Shown: in pieces, positions 1 through 9,100 of the stretch | How the letters are laid out: each line of letters begins with the position of its first letter | How positions within the stretch are numbered: the stretch's first letter is position 1 | Virus record (IMG/VR): IMGVR_UViG_3300013116_000108 | Span: 124,001 to 188,000 of that record | Length of the DNA stretch: 64,000 bases | Direction: 5' to 3' (one strand) | Position numbers and translations under genes: made by a program | The notes under the pieces: model-generated | The model's database searches: none | Told to the model about the DNA's origin: nothing | What the model saw: only the letters and a program-made list of their open reading frames with translations

Positions 1-679
1 CTTCTTGTTTTAATTGATCACCGTTCATTGTAGTTCCGCCTTGTGGACCAGCAATAGTGGCAAATTTACTTCTTGCTTCTCCTAGCATATACTTACATTG
101 TGCTTTTGTGTAATCGTATATCCAAGGTTTAGTTCTGTGATCTTTTAAAAGTGTTACATCTGGCTTATGGTTGTATAACCAAAGAAGTACACTTTCGCCT
201 GTAGAATTTACTTTTCTAACTATTGTTAGTTTTTTACTTACAGGGTTAAATGTAAAATTAATATGTCCACCAAACATTCTAGCAGTTAATTCTTGATATT
301 GAGTAAACAATTCGTATGTTGCTAGGCCGCCTACTCGTCCTGCCTGCATTAAGTAAACATTAACATAGCCTGCTTCGAATGGCTCAAAACTATTAGCACC
401 ATCTCCGTCGCTAGATCCTATTGTTCTACGAAATACTTGTCTTACTTCTGTAACTTGGCTAGGTAACGTGTACTCTTGTGTATCTGCTACTAGTTCTAAA
501 AAGCCGTAACTTTCTTCAACGCTATTCGAACTACGTTGTCTGTATACATCTGCCGCCTTGTTAAAAGCAATATCATAATGTTGTGGATCTAACTCCACAT
601 CTACCATGCCATCACCTAAACTATATCGCACATAATCAAAGCATTTTTGCTTTTCAGTTTGGAGTTCTGTGTTTGCCAT
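1..679 (-). CDS. gp13: Neck protein, T4 gp13-like (3' end truncated by window edge; absent from ORF track)
   Basis: Manual translation from ATG at 679: MANTELQTEKQKCFDYVRYSLGDGMVDVELDPQHY...MLGEARSKFATIAGPQGGTTMNGDQLK; resembles gp13 neck proteins; AGGA SD and CTAAATA late promoter upstream. Confidence 0.8.
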   Translation of the reverse strand, partial: MANTELQTEKQKCFDYVRYSLGDGMVDVELDPQHYDIAFNKAADVYRQRSSNSVEESYGFLELVADTQEYTLPSQVTEVRQVFRRTIGSSDGDGANSFEPFEAGYVNVYLMQAGRVGGLATYELFTQYQELTARMFGGHINFTFNPVSKKLTIVRKVNSTGESVLLWLYNHKPDVTLLKDHRTKPWIYDYTKAQCKYMLGEARSKFATIAGPQGGTTMNGDQLKQE

Positions 680-703
680 TTTTTGTTCCTACTTTAATAG
701 TAG

Positions 704-710
704 TATTTAG
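704..710 (-). promoter_or_regulatory. Late promoter (CTAAATA, T4 TATAAATA-like) for gp13
   Basis: TAAATA core recurs upstream of most structural transcription units; gp55-like sigma encoded in window. Confidence 0.6.
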
Positions 711-1975
711 CTCGTTAGCAATAGTATTGTTTCGGGATTTAAACGGCCGTTAAGTTTAGTTTCTGTTACTTTGAGGTTTTCGAAGAACTTTTTACGTTGT
801 ATTTTACCACAATTATTAAACTCTTTAAGTTGTTCTTCTGGTTTTCTTAGTGTTTTACACACACTTTGCTTTTCGTCATACCTAATTAGTGTAGTACCTT
901 TAACTTCTAATCCTGTGCCGTCACGTTTTTGTTTAAGCGGATCTATTGAAGAAGTGATGTAATACCCTAACTTTCTAGTTTTTGTGTTATATACCCAAAG
1001 CTCGTTAGCCTTAATAATGTCTACAGGGTTAATACTTACAAGTGCTAGTTTCTCATCAGACTTCTTATATTTTACTCTTGTTACTAGTTTTTCAGCACTT
1101 TTAGGTTTAACTTTACGAGGTTTACGAGTAAGTTTTGCTTCTGACATTAGCATATCACAAGCGTCGCAAATCAATTTATATGCTTGGTACCTACTTTTTA
1201 TTTCTTCATCAGTAAAAACAGCAAAACCTTCCTCAAGTTGACTACGCCAATCTAATTCTTGTTCTGTCATTTTTGCTTTTTGTTTTGCTGTAGGTGGGTT
1301 TAGTAACTCATGTAACTCATTATACCCTGGTTCATAAAAAGTTTTAATAATTTTAGCATGATTACCTTTACATTGATGTACTCTTAACCATTTTAGAGGA
1401 GTAAAAGTTTTTAAATCTATAAGTTCTACTCCAGATTCCATAACGTCATCAATTTCAACTGTCATTCTAATAGCCGCGGCATATAGGCGTTGTTGAATTG
1501 TAGGTTGATATACTTGGACTTTTTCTGCTTCTTCTTTTGCTTTTTCTTCTACAAGAGTTTTACCTTTCTCAATAGCACCTGCTATCTGAACTTTAATCCA
1601 ATCTTTTGTTGGCTTAATAACACCCATTGTACCTGGCAATGATTGCCAGTGTTCATCTTCTTTTTTATTATAATCTGGCATTCCACGTAACAGCATACGG
1701 CAATTTATAGATGTTGTTGTACCTATAACGTAACTAGGAACAGCCTTAGCACACTTAATATCGTCTTTGCTATAGCCATTTTGGTTCATCCATTCGTATG
1801 TATGCTTAACTAATTCATCTGGTTTAAACGTATGGTAATACCAAGAACTAGTTCCTTGCTTAAAACGGTGGTATTGAGCTCCGTCCCATTCTTCCCAACC
1901 ATCCCACTTGGGTTCTAGCAACTTATCAGCCGCTGTTATTCTAGTTGATTTTCGTAGTTGTTTACGTTTTGCCAA
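707..1975 (-). CDS. Hypothetical phage protein, 422 aa
   Basis: Long ORF, TTG start with AGGAG SD; no recognisable catalytic motif. Confidence 0.8.
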   Translation of the reverse strand: MAKRKQLRKSTRITAADKLLEPKWDGWEEWDGAQYHRFKQGTSSWYYHTFKPDELVKHTYEWMNQNGYSKDDIKCAKAVPSYVIGTTTSINCRMLLRGMPDYNKKEDEHWQSLPGTMGVIKPTKDWIKVQIAGAIEKGKTLVEEKAKEEAEKVQVYQPTIQQRLYAAAIRMTVEIDDVMESGVELIDLKTFTPLKWLRVHQCKGNHAKIIKTFYEPGYNELHELLNPPTAKQKAKMTEQELDWRSQLEEGFAVFTDEEIKSRYQAYKLICDACDMLMSEAKLTRKPRKVKPKSAEKLVTRVKYKKSDEKLALVSINPVDIIKANELWVYNTKTRKLGYYITSSIDPLKQKRDGTGLEVKGTTLIRYDEKQSVCKTLRKPEEQLKEFNNCGKIQRKKFFENLKVTETKLNGRLNPETILLLTS

Positions 1976-2045
1976 AGGTTTCTCCTGTTTAACGCTTATA
2001 TAGTCCGGTAAGTAAAAAAGTTGTTGCTTTTGTGATTATTACATT

Positions 2046-2073
2046 ACTATAACATCATTATGTTATTTGTCAA
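2046..2073 (-). promoter_or_regulatory. Sigma70-type early promoter for 707..1975
   Basis: TTGACA-16 nt-TATAGT with TGn extension on minus strand. Confidence 0.55.
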
Positions 2074-2076
2074 CCG

Positions 2077-2083
2077 ATAAATA
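2077..2083 (+). promoter_or_regulatory. Late promoter ATAAATA for gp14-ACP-gp15-Nudix operon
   Basis: ATAAATA 26 nt upstream of ATG 2110, back-to-back with the early promoter. Confidence 0.6.
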
Positions 2084-2109
2084 ATATTACTGTAGAATAG
2101 GAAAAAAAT

Positions 2110-3264
2110 ATGCCAAGAATCTCAATGTGGAAAGAAAATAAGACTTTTGATTATAGTTTCCACGACAACCGAATCCGTGAAATGTTTACAATAGGCGGTA
2201 CAGGTGTTAATATACACAAATATTTAGGTACATTCCAACAAGCATCTGGAGATGCTACAAAACCTAAGTATGACACAATTACAGAGAATCGTATACAAGA
2301 CTTACTATTTTTAGAAAATAGAGATCGAAAATATGATCAAACTGTATATCAGATGCGAGGGTTATATAATGTTCAAGATATTGACTTTGACCTAACACAG
2401 TTTGGTTTATTTTTAGCAAATGATACTCTCTTTATAAACTTCCATATGTCTGACATGATAGACATATTAGGAAGAAAGTTGATGAGCGGAGATGTATTAG
2501 AGCTACCTCATCTAAAAGATTTTTATCCTTTAGACACAGATTTAAGCACATCATTAAGAAGATATTATGTTGTACAAGATGCTAGTAGAGCCGCAGAAGG
2601 ATTTAGTCCTACTTGGTATCCACATTTATGGAGAGTAAAATGTACACCAATAGTGGATTCACAAGAATATCGAGATATTCTTGGTGATAAAGACGATTCT
2701 TCTAGTTTAAAAAGTTTACTATCTACATATAAAAAAGAATTAGAAATTAATAATGCTATTATACAACAAGCAAATAAAGAAGTTCCTAAAACAGGGTACG
2801 ATACAGAAAAATTTTATGTAGTACCAACTAACGAAGATGGTACTCCGGCTAAGGCTAGTAGTAAAACAGCAGATACTACAACAACTAAAGCAAGTTCATC
2901 AAATGATAGCACTAATCAAACTGCTGTTTCGCCTGTAGGTAACGGGTGGCTAGGTGGCTATTTAAGTGGTGACGGATTACCACCAAACGGGTTTCACGTA
3001 ACGCCTGCTATACAATTTCCAACTAGTCCTTTAGAAGGCGAATATATTTTAAGACTTGATTATATGCCTAATAGATTATTTAGATACGACGGTAAACGAT
3101 GGATTAAAGTTGAGGATAATGTTAGAACAACATTAGACGGAACTGGATTAACACAACGTGATTCATTTGTTAATAACACTTCAACATATATAGATAACAA
3201 AGGTGTAGCAAAACCAGGTAAAACTGGTTTAAGTTCAGCACTAGAACCAAAGGCAGACGAATAA
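2110..3264 (+). CDS. gp14: Neck/head-completion protein, T4 gp14-like
   Basis: N-terminal DY..HD..IREMFTIGG, FGLFL..D, GDVLELPHL segments; position between gp13-like and gp15-like genes. Confidence 0.65.
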   Translation: MPRISMWKENKTFDYSFHDNRIREMFTIGGTGVNIHKYLGTFQQASGDATKPKYDTITENRIQDLLFLENRDRKYDQTVYQMRGLYNVQDIDFDLTQFGLFLANDTLFINFHMSDMIDILGRKLMSGDVLELPHLKDFYPLDTDLSTSLRRYYVVQDASRAAEGFSPTWYPHLWRVKCTPIVDSQEYRDILGDKDDSSSLKSLLSTYKKELEINNAIIQQANKEVPKTGYDTEKFYVVPTNEDGTPAKASSKTADTTTTKASSSNDSTNQTAVSPVGNGWLGGYLSGDGLPPNGFHVTPAIQFPTSPLEGEYILRLDYMPNRLFRYDGKRWIKVEDNVRTTLDGTGLTQRDSFVNNTSTYIDNKGVAKPGKTGLSSALEPKADE

Positions 3265-3479
3265 TGGAAAGCGTAATTAAAATAGTTTCTGAATACTTAG
3301 AAGTAGACAATGTTAAACCCGAGTCGCATCTTGTAGATGATTTAGGTGCTGACGACTTTGACACTATTGAATTAATAATAAAAGTTGAAAAAAGTTTAGG
3401 TGTAAAAATTTCAGACGAAGAAGGTAGTAACATAAAAACAGTACAAGACCTTATTAATGTAGTACAAGGAAATCAATAA
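3264..3479 (+). CDS. Acyl carrier protein-like protein lacking the phosphopantetheine serine
   Basis: Aligns by eye to AcpP over its full length (DLGADDFDTIEL vs DLGADSLDTVEL; ISDEE..IKTVQD); TAATG-coupled on both sides. Confidence 0.85.
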   Translation: MESVIKIVSEYLEVDNVKPESHLVDDLGADDFDTIELIIKVEKSLGVKISDEEGSNIKTVQDLINVVQGNQ

Positions 3480-4897
3480 TGAAAACTTTTTTCTATGATG
3501 AACAAATTCGAAGATTTATTTTACAATTTGTTAGAATGTTTTCTCATTACCAAGTAGAATACGGTAAAAATAGAGACGGCAATACAACACTTTATCAAGT
3601 TCCTGTTAGATACGGTGATTCTAGCAGACAAGCGTCTGCTATTATGAAGCATAATAGCGAAAACGGAATACCTACATCACCTCTTATAACTTGTTACATT
3701 TCAGATTTACAATATGACAGAGATAGAATGCAACAACCTAGTCACATCGATAAAATGCATGTTAGAACTAGAGGAATAAATGAAAATACAGGAGCATATA
3801 CTCAACAACAAGGAGAAGCATATACAATAGAACGTCATATGCCAACTCCATATAGACTAAACATGAATGTTGATATATGGACAACTAACACAGAACAAAA
3901 ATTACAGTTGCTAGAACAAATATTAACACTATTCAATCCTGATATGGAAATACAAAGTACAGACAATTATATAGATTGGACTAGTTTAAGTTACGTTGAA
4001 TTAACTGGGCAAACATTTACAAGCAGAAGTATACCTACTGGAACAGATGACCAAATAGATATTTCTACATTACAATTTAGTATGCCTATATGGTTAAGTT
4101 TACCTGCTAAAGTTAAAAAATTAGGAGTTATTAGAAGTGTTGTAAGTGGAATACATGACAATTCAGGTACTATTAAAGACTTAGACATAGGCTTATTATA
4201 CGGTAATAGAGTCTCAATTACGCCTAATCAGTACGGTATTATTTTATTAAACGGACAAGTACAATTAATTGACTCAGCAGATGCTGTTAATCCAAACACA
4301 TCTACTGTTATTAGTACTAGTAGTGTTGGACCTAGACCAGAATGGGAAAGCCTTATTAATAACTGGGGTAAAATGACACCATTAGGAAAAGCCACTATTG
4401 CTAATGGAACTAGCCAATTACGAGTATCAACAACATCAGAACCAGACGGTGCTGAAGTTATAGGAACAGTAGCATTACATCCATCTAGCAAAGATATATT
4501 ATTATTTACTGTAGACAATGACACTATACCAACAAACACTTTAGACCCTATAGATGCTATTGTCGATCCTAGTAAAAAAGGTCCAGGTGCCGGACTGAAT
4601 GCATCAGCAGACGGGCAAAGATACTTGATTATAAATGACATAGGCGCTACGGGTAATGTAGATGGTGCTGATGCTTGGAAGGGTGCTAGTAACGAAGATT
4701 TGATAGCCTCAGCGAACGATATTATACAGTATAAAAACAATAAGTGGCAAGTAGTATACGATGCTTCTACTAAAGCAACTGACACAGATTATCTAACAAA
4801 TAGTAAAACCGGAATTCAATATAAATGGGATGGATCAAAATGGGTAAAAAGTTACGAAGGAGAATACGAGGCGGGATCATGGAGACTAGTACTTTAA
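3479..4897 (+). CDS. gp15: Tail sheath stabiliser / tail terminator, T4 gp15-like, with C-terminal extension
   Basis: FFYDEQIRRFILQF..F, VPVRYG, PTPY.L, QLLEQIL..FNP motifs typical of gp15. Confidence 0.8.
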   Translation: MKTFFYDEQIRRFILQFVRMFSHYQVEYGKNRDGNTTLYQVPVRYGDSSRQASAIMKHNSENGIPTSPLITCYISDLQYDRDRMQQPSHIDKMHVRTRGINENTGAYTQQQGEAYTIERHMPTPYRLNMNVDIWTTNTEQKLQLLEQILTLFNPDMEIQSTDNYIDWTSLSYVELTGQTFTSRSIPTGTDDQIDISTLQFSMPIWLSLPAKVKKLGVIRSVVSGIHDNSGTIKDLDIGLLYGNRVSITPNQYGIILLNGQVQLIDSADAVNPNTSTVISTSSVGPRPEWESLINNWGKMTPLGKATIANGTSQLRVSTTSEPDGAEVIGTVALHPSSKDILLFTVDNDTIPTNTLDPIDAIVDPSKKGPGAGLNASADGQRYLIINDIGATGNVDGADAWKGASNEDLIASANDIIQYKNNKWQVVYDASTKATDTDYLTNSKTGIQYKWDGSKWVKSYEGEYEAGSWRLVL

Positions 4898-5316
4898 CTG
4901 GTGTTGGTTGTTTATTTTGGTCTCGAAAAACTAATCGTTTTCTTTTTGTTTTAAGAAATACTAAAACATATAAATTTACATGGGCCCTTGTAGGTGGTAA
5001 AGTTGAAGTAGATGAAACTGTTTATGAGGCTATGTGTAGAGAAACTATAGAAGAATTAGGTTCGTTGCCTGACATTATCAAAACTATTCCAATAGAAAAA
5101 TTTACACATAAAAAAAATAATTTTATATACGAAACATTTGTTAATATAGTTGAAGATGAATTTATTCCTGTATTAAATGACGAACACGTGGGGTATGCTT
5201 GGGTAGATGTAGATCATTTTCCAAAGCCGTTACACCCTGGATTATATAATACTCTTAATATTGATGCTATTAATGATAAATTAAAAACCTTAGTTAATCA
5301 TTATATTAATGTTTAA
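4879..5316 (+). CDS. Nudix hydrolase
   Basis: Nudix box GGKVEVDETVYEAMCRETIEELG and LNDEH..YAW...PLHPG; likely start ATG 4879 rather than 4825. Confidence 0.85.
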   Translation: METSTLTGVGCLFWSRKTNRFLFVLRNTKTYKFTWALVGGKVEVDETVYEAMCRETIEELGSLPDIIKTIPIEKFTHKKNNFIYETFVNIVEDEFIPVLNDEHVGYAWVDVDHFPKPLHPGLYNTLNIDAINDKLKTLVNHYINV

Positions 5317-6067
5317 AAGATCCTATATCTAATTCTTGTACAAATTCTCTATATGTAAGATAGCGAACATTTTTATACCATTTATAATTATCTGGATATC
5401 CATTAACATTATTATCAACAATAGTAAATGAGGTGTCTGGATATGCTCCAAATATTTGGCACATGTTTGCCTCCCATTTTTCACTTGATACTGAATAATT
5501 CTGTGGCATATAACCAGGCGAGCCAGCATACATATTAGAATTATATCCTTCGCCACCTTTTTGTCCTTCATAACCTATCATATATACACTTCGGTGTTTA
5601 TCAAAACAAGCCATATATACTGCCATTGCTCCAGCATTCATTTGTACACCGTAAGGAATTAAATGAAACTTGCCTGGATGTTGTAAACAATTAGGTGCTG
5701 TCGAATATACAATTCTCTCATCGGCGTATGGTTTATCTGAATATTCTGTACTATTAGCAATTTCGTTAGTTATTTCTTTGCCTGTAGCAATTAAAAAGTC
5801 TGCTTGGAATTCTCTAGACAAAGCATTACAGCCATAAGTTTGGCAAGCCATAGATCCCAACACTCCACCCCTATGGCCAGATAATAAATTTATGTTGAAT
5901 TTATTTCTAGATTCGCCATTACCAATACACACAGCAATACCCATATGAGTATCATTGTATACCGTACGTGGTATCCACTCTCTTGATTCTTTACGTTGGT
6001 TATTTTCGTATCTGACAGATGTTATAAAAAATTCACCGTCATACTCGTCACTGTTCTTTCCTAGCAT
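5306..6067 (-). CDS. Maf/DUF115/CstII-like putative glycosyltransferase
   Basis: CIGNGESR...YGCNAL...YMIGY motifs resembling the GNGPS/CN/YL.G.D pattern of CstII/Maf-type enzymes; paralog of 17528..18181. Confidence 0.5.
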   Translation of the reverse strand: MLGKNSDEYDGEFFITSVRYENNQRKESREWIPRTVYNDTHMGIAVCIGNGESRNKFNINLLSGHRGGVLGSMACQTYGCNALSREFQADFLIATGKEITNEIANSTEYSDKPYADERIVYSTAPNCLQHPGKFHLIPYGVQMNAGAMAVYMACFDKHRSVYMIGYEGQKGGEGYNSNMYAGSPGYMPQNYSVSSEKWEANMCQIFGAYPDTSFTIVDNNVNGYPDNYKWYKNVRYLTYREFVQELDIGSFKH

Positions 6068-6114
6068 ACTCTTACTTATTACCTAATAATATTAGTTAAG
6101 TGTTTTTTGGTCAT

Positions 6115-6143
6115 AAAAAAGGGCGAGTAAAACCCGCCCTTTT
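6115..6143 (-). terminator. Intrinsic terminator after long fibre gene
   Basis: GGGCGGGT-TTT-ACTCGCCC followed by T6 on minus strand. Confidence 0.85.
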
Positions 6144-6164
6144 AAATTTTAGTTAATTGTTTGC

Positions 6165-9100
6165 TTACATTCTGCCAACAACTACTTCAATTGTACCTTC
6201 GCCTTCGTGATCTTCTAATGCTTTACCAATTACTTGGCCCATTTTTGGATCTTCTTCAGCTCTAGCCATACCGTTACCAGCACTTACCATCATGTCACCT
6301 TTTTTGACAGATCCTGTAACTTTACAAGGAACTCTACCAACTAATGCTACAGAACATTTGTTCTCAGCATCCATTTCAGCGTTCATTAAGTAAGCCGGGT
6401 TAGATGTAACAACACCCGCTACTGATTTACAACCATCAATATCACAAAGTGATACTTCATGAGTTCCACCAAAGTGTACAACTGTACCAGGCGCATATTC
6501 GGCATCAGCCGCATAGCACTCAGCCAAGTCAGCGTATTGAGCCGCTGTTGCTGTACCAGTTAGTGTAGCAACTCTCATGTCAGCATAAGAACTAACAGTT
6601 ACGTTGCCTGCTGTAGTACCGTCTTCAGAAGTGTTAATAGCCGCAAATTGATCAGCACTTTCGTCCCAAATCATTGCCACGTTAGCACTTGATCCACGCT
6701 CTACAACCCAACCCGAGTCATAAGCAGGAGAACCAGACTGTCCAGTAGCCCAAATTTGTAGCGGATCTTCAACAGTTGTGTTAGTTGAACTAACAGTTGT
6801 TGTTGAACCGTTTACAGTTAAGTTACCTGAAACAATCATGTTTCCTGTACAAGTAGCGTCATCATTCAATTGAATGATACCAGTTCCGTTTGATTGAAGT
6901 ACTAAGTTTTCGTTAGTTACAGCATTTTTAACTGAGTTACCAATAACTGTAACGTTACCTGCTTTAGCACCATCTGGTAATAACACACCAGTTGCCGAGT
7001 CATCAGCGTGAGCTGAAATACTGACACCAGAGCCCATTGTAGTAGCTCTGTTTAGTTCAATACCAGAACCAGCAGATAGTTGTAGTTTACCAGAGCCTGA
7101 ACCACCATTAACACTTAGGTTTTGGTTAGCATCAGTACCCATAGTAATTGTACCACTATCATCTTGTAGTACTTGTTTACCATTAACGTATAATGATCCA
7201 GAGGATACATACAAGTCTTTCCATTGAGCGTTTGAGGCACCCAAGTCATGTCCTGTTGTTCCGTTGGAGTTAACGTTTGGTATAAGACCAGCACTTGTAA
7301 ATTTAGCAATAGATGTACCAGCAACTGTGAACTGAATTTCGTCAGCATCAGCAGTTGGCTCAACATTAATGCTAGTGTCCGCATCAGCATCTTGCATATC
7401 AGTGATAGTTGATGTAGTAGTTAATACTCTAGCATCAATTGTATCACCAGTAGCAGGTGCTTCTGTGAACGTTAGTGTTGTTCCACTTACAGCGTAAGCA
7501 GTAGTAGGAATCTGTACCACACCATTGATTGCTACCAATGTTGTAGAAGTAGTTCCTGCTGAACTTAGTGTAAATGCGGTAGTAGAATCGTTACCAGAGA
7601 ATGAATCTGCTGTCATAACTGTAAAGTCAGCACCAGCGTTCCATTCAGAACCAGTGTAGATTTCTTGTGTACCTAAAGTAGTGTTGAATCTATACATACC
7701 TGTAGCAGGTGATCCCGGACGTTGTGCCGTTGTACCTACCGGTATAATCATAGAGTCAGTAGCAGAGATGTGTAATGTAGCATCAGTAGTCGGCGAAGCC
7801 GTTCCTAAACCTACGTTACCTGTAGAACCTTGAACAAATAAAGCGTTAGCATCATTGTCTGATTCGATTCTAAAGTCAACATCTGCACTTGCTTCGTTAA
7901 CAACAATCTCTTGACCAGCAACACCTTCAATTAAAAGTTTGCCAGATGTAGATGAAATTGTATTTCCATCTATTGAGATATTGTCAACAGCCGCCGCTGT
8001 AGTTGTTAATGTAGTACCATCAAATGTTAAGTTAGCACTATCTTCTAAAGCACCACCAGTACCAGCGTATGTAACACGTCCACTTGTTAGGTCTTCAATA
8101 ACAGCATCTGCCAAAGTAGCAGTTCCGTCAACCTCTAAGTGTCCAGCCGCTGTAACTTTACCAGTTACGTCTAATGTACCACCAACTGCTGTGTTACCAC
8201 TAGCATGAGCAACTGTGAAACTTGAAGAAACACTAAATGTTGTTCCATCAAATGTTAAGTTAGCATCATCTTCTAAAGCACCGCCTGTACCAGCAATAGT
8301 AATTCTATTGTTAGTCAAGTCAGATACTGTAGCAGAGTTCATTGTAACACCAGCGGATGTAGCCGATAGAGCCGTTGTTGAATCTAGTTCAACAGTAAAG
8401 GCACCATTTGACCCAGTATCACTGATTGTAGCAGTTGAGTTATTTTCAACTAGTCTTGTAACTTCACCTGTAGCGGAGTCAACATACGCCTTAGTAGCCG
8501 CATCTTGAGCCGAAGTAGGATCAGCAACACCAGTTACTTTGTTAGATCCCATTGCGATTGTTTGAGATCCAGCAACTGTTAACGAACCATTGATTGCTGT
8601 AGCACCGTTTGATGTTAATGTACCGGCAACTGTAGCCGCGCCATCAACGTCTAGTAATCCACCCATGTGTAGGTTTTCAGCAACACCCATACCACCAAAA
8701 ACTACTAAAGCACCTGAAGTGTTTGAAGTAGATCCAGTTGTAGCGTTTGCGTCAATACGTCCTGTCACATCTAATGTACCAGCAACTACTGTATTACCAG
8801 TAGCACTTGCTACTGTCATCTTGTTAGTAGCAACACTAAAGTCACCCGCAACATCACCAGCGCCACTAATATCTAAACCAGCACCAATGTACTGTCCAGT
8901 AGTAGTTACGTTAGTTCCGTCATATGTGAATCCAGCGCCATCTTCTAAGATACCGTTAGTTCCTGCTGTTACAACACGACCGTCAGTTAATGTGCCTGAA
9001 GTTACAGAGCCAACAACAATATTACCTGCTGTTCCACTCATTACTTCTGAAGTGTTAGTAACGTCTGTCAAGTAAACAAAAGCATCTGCTGAGTTATCAT

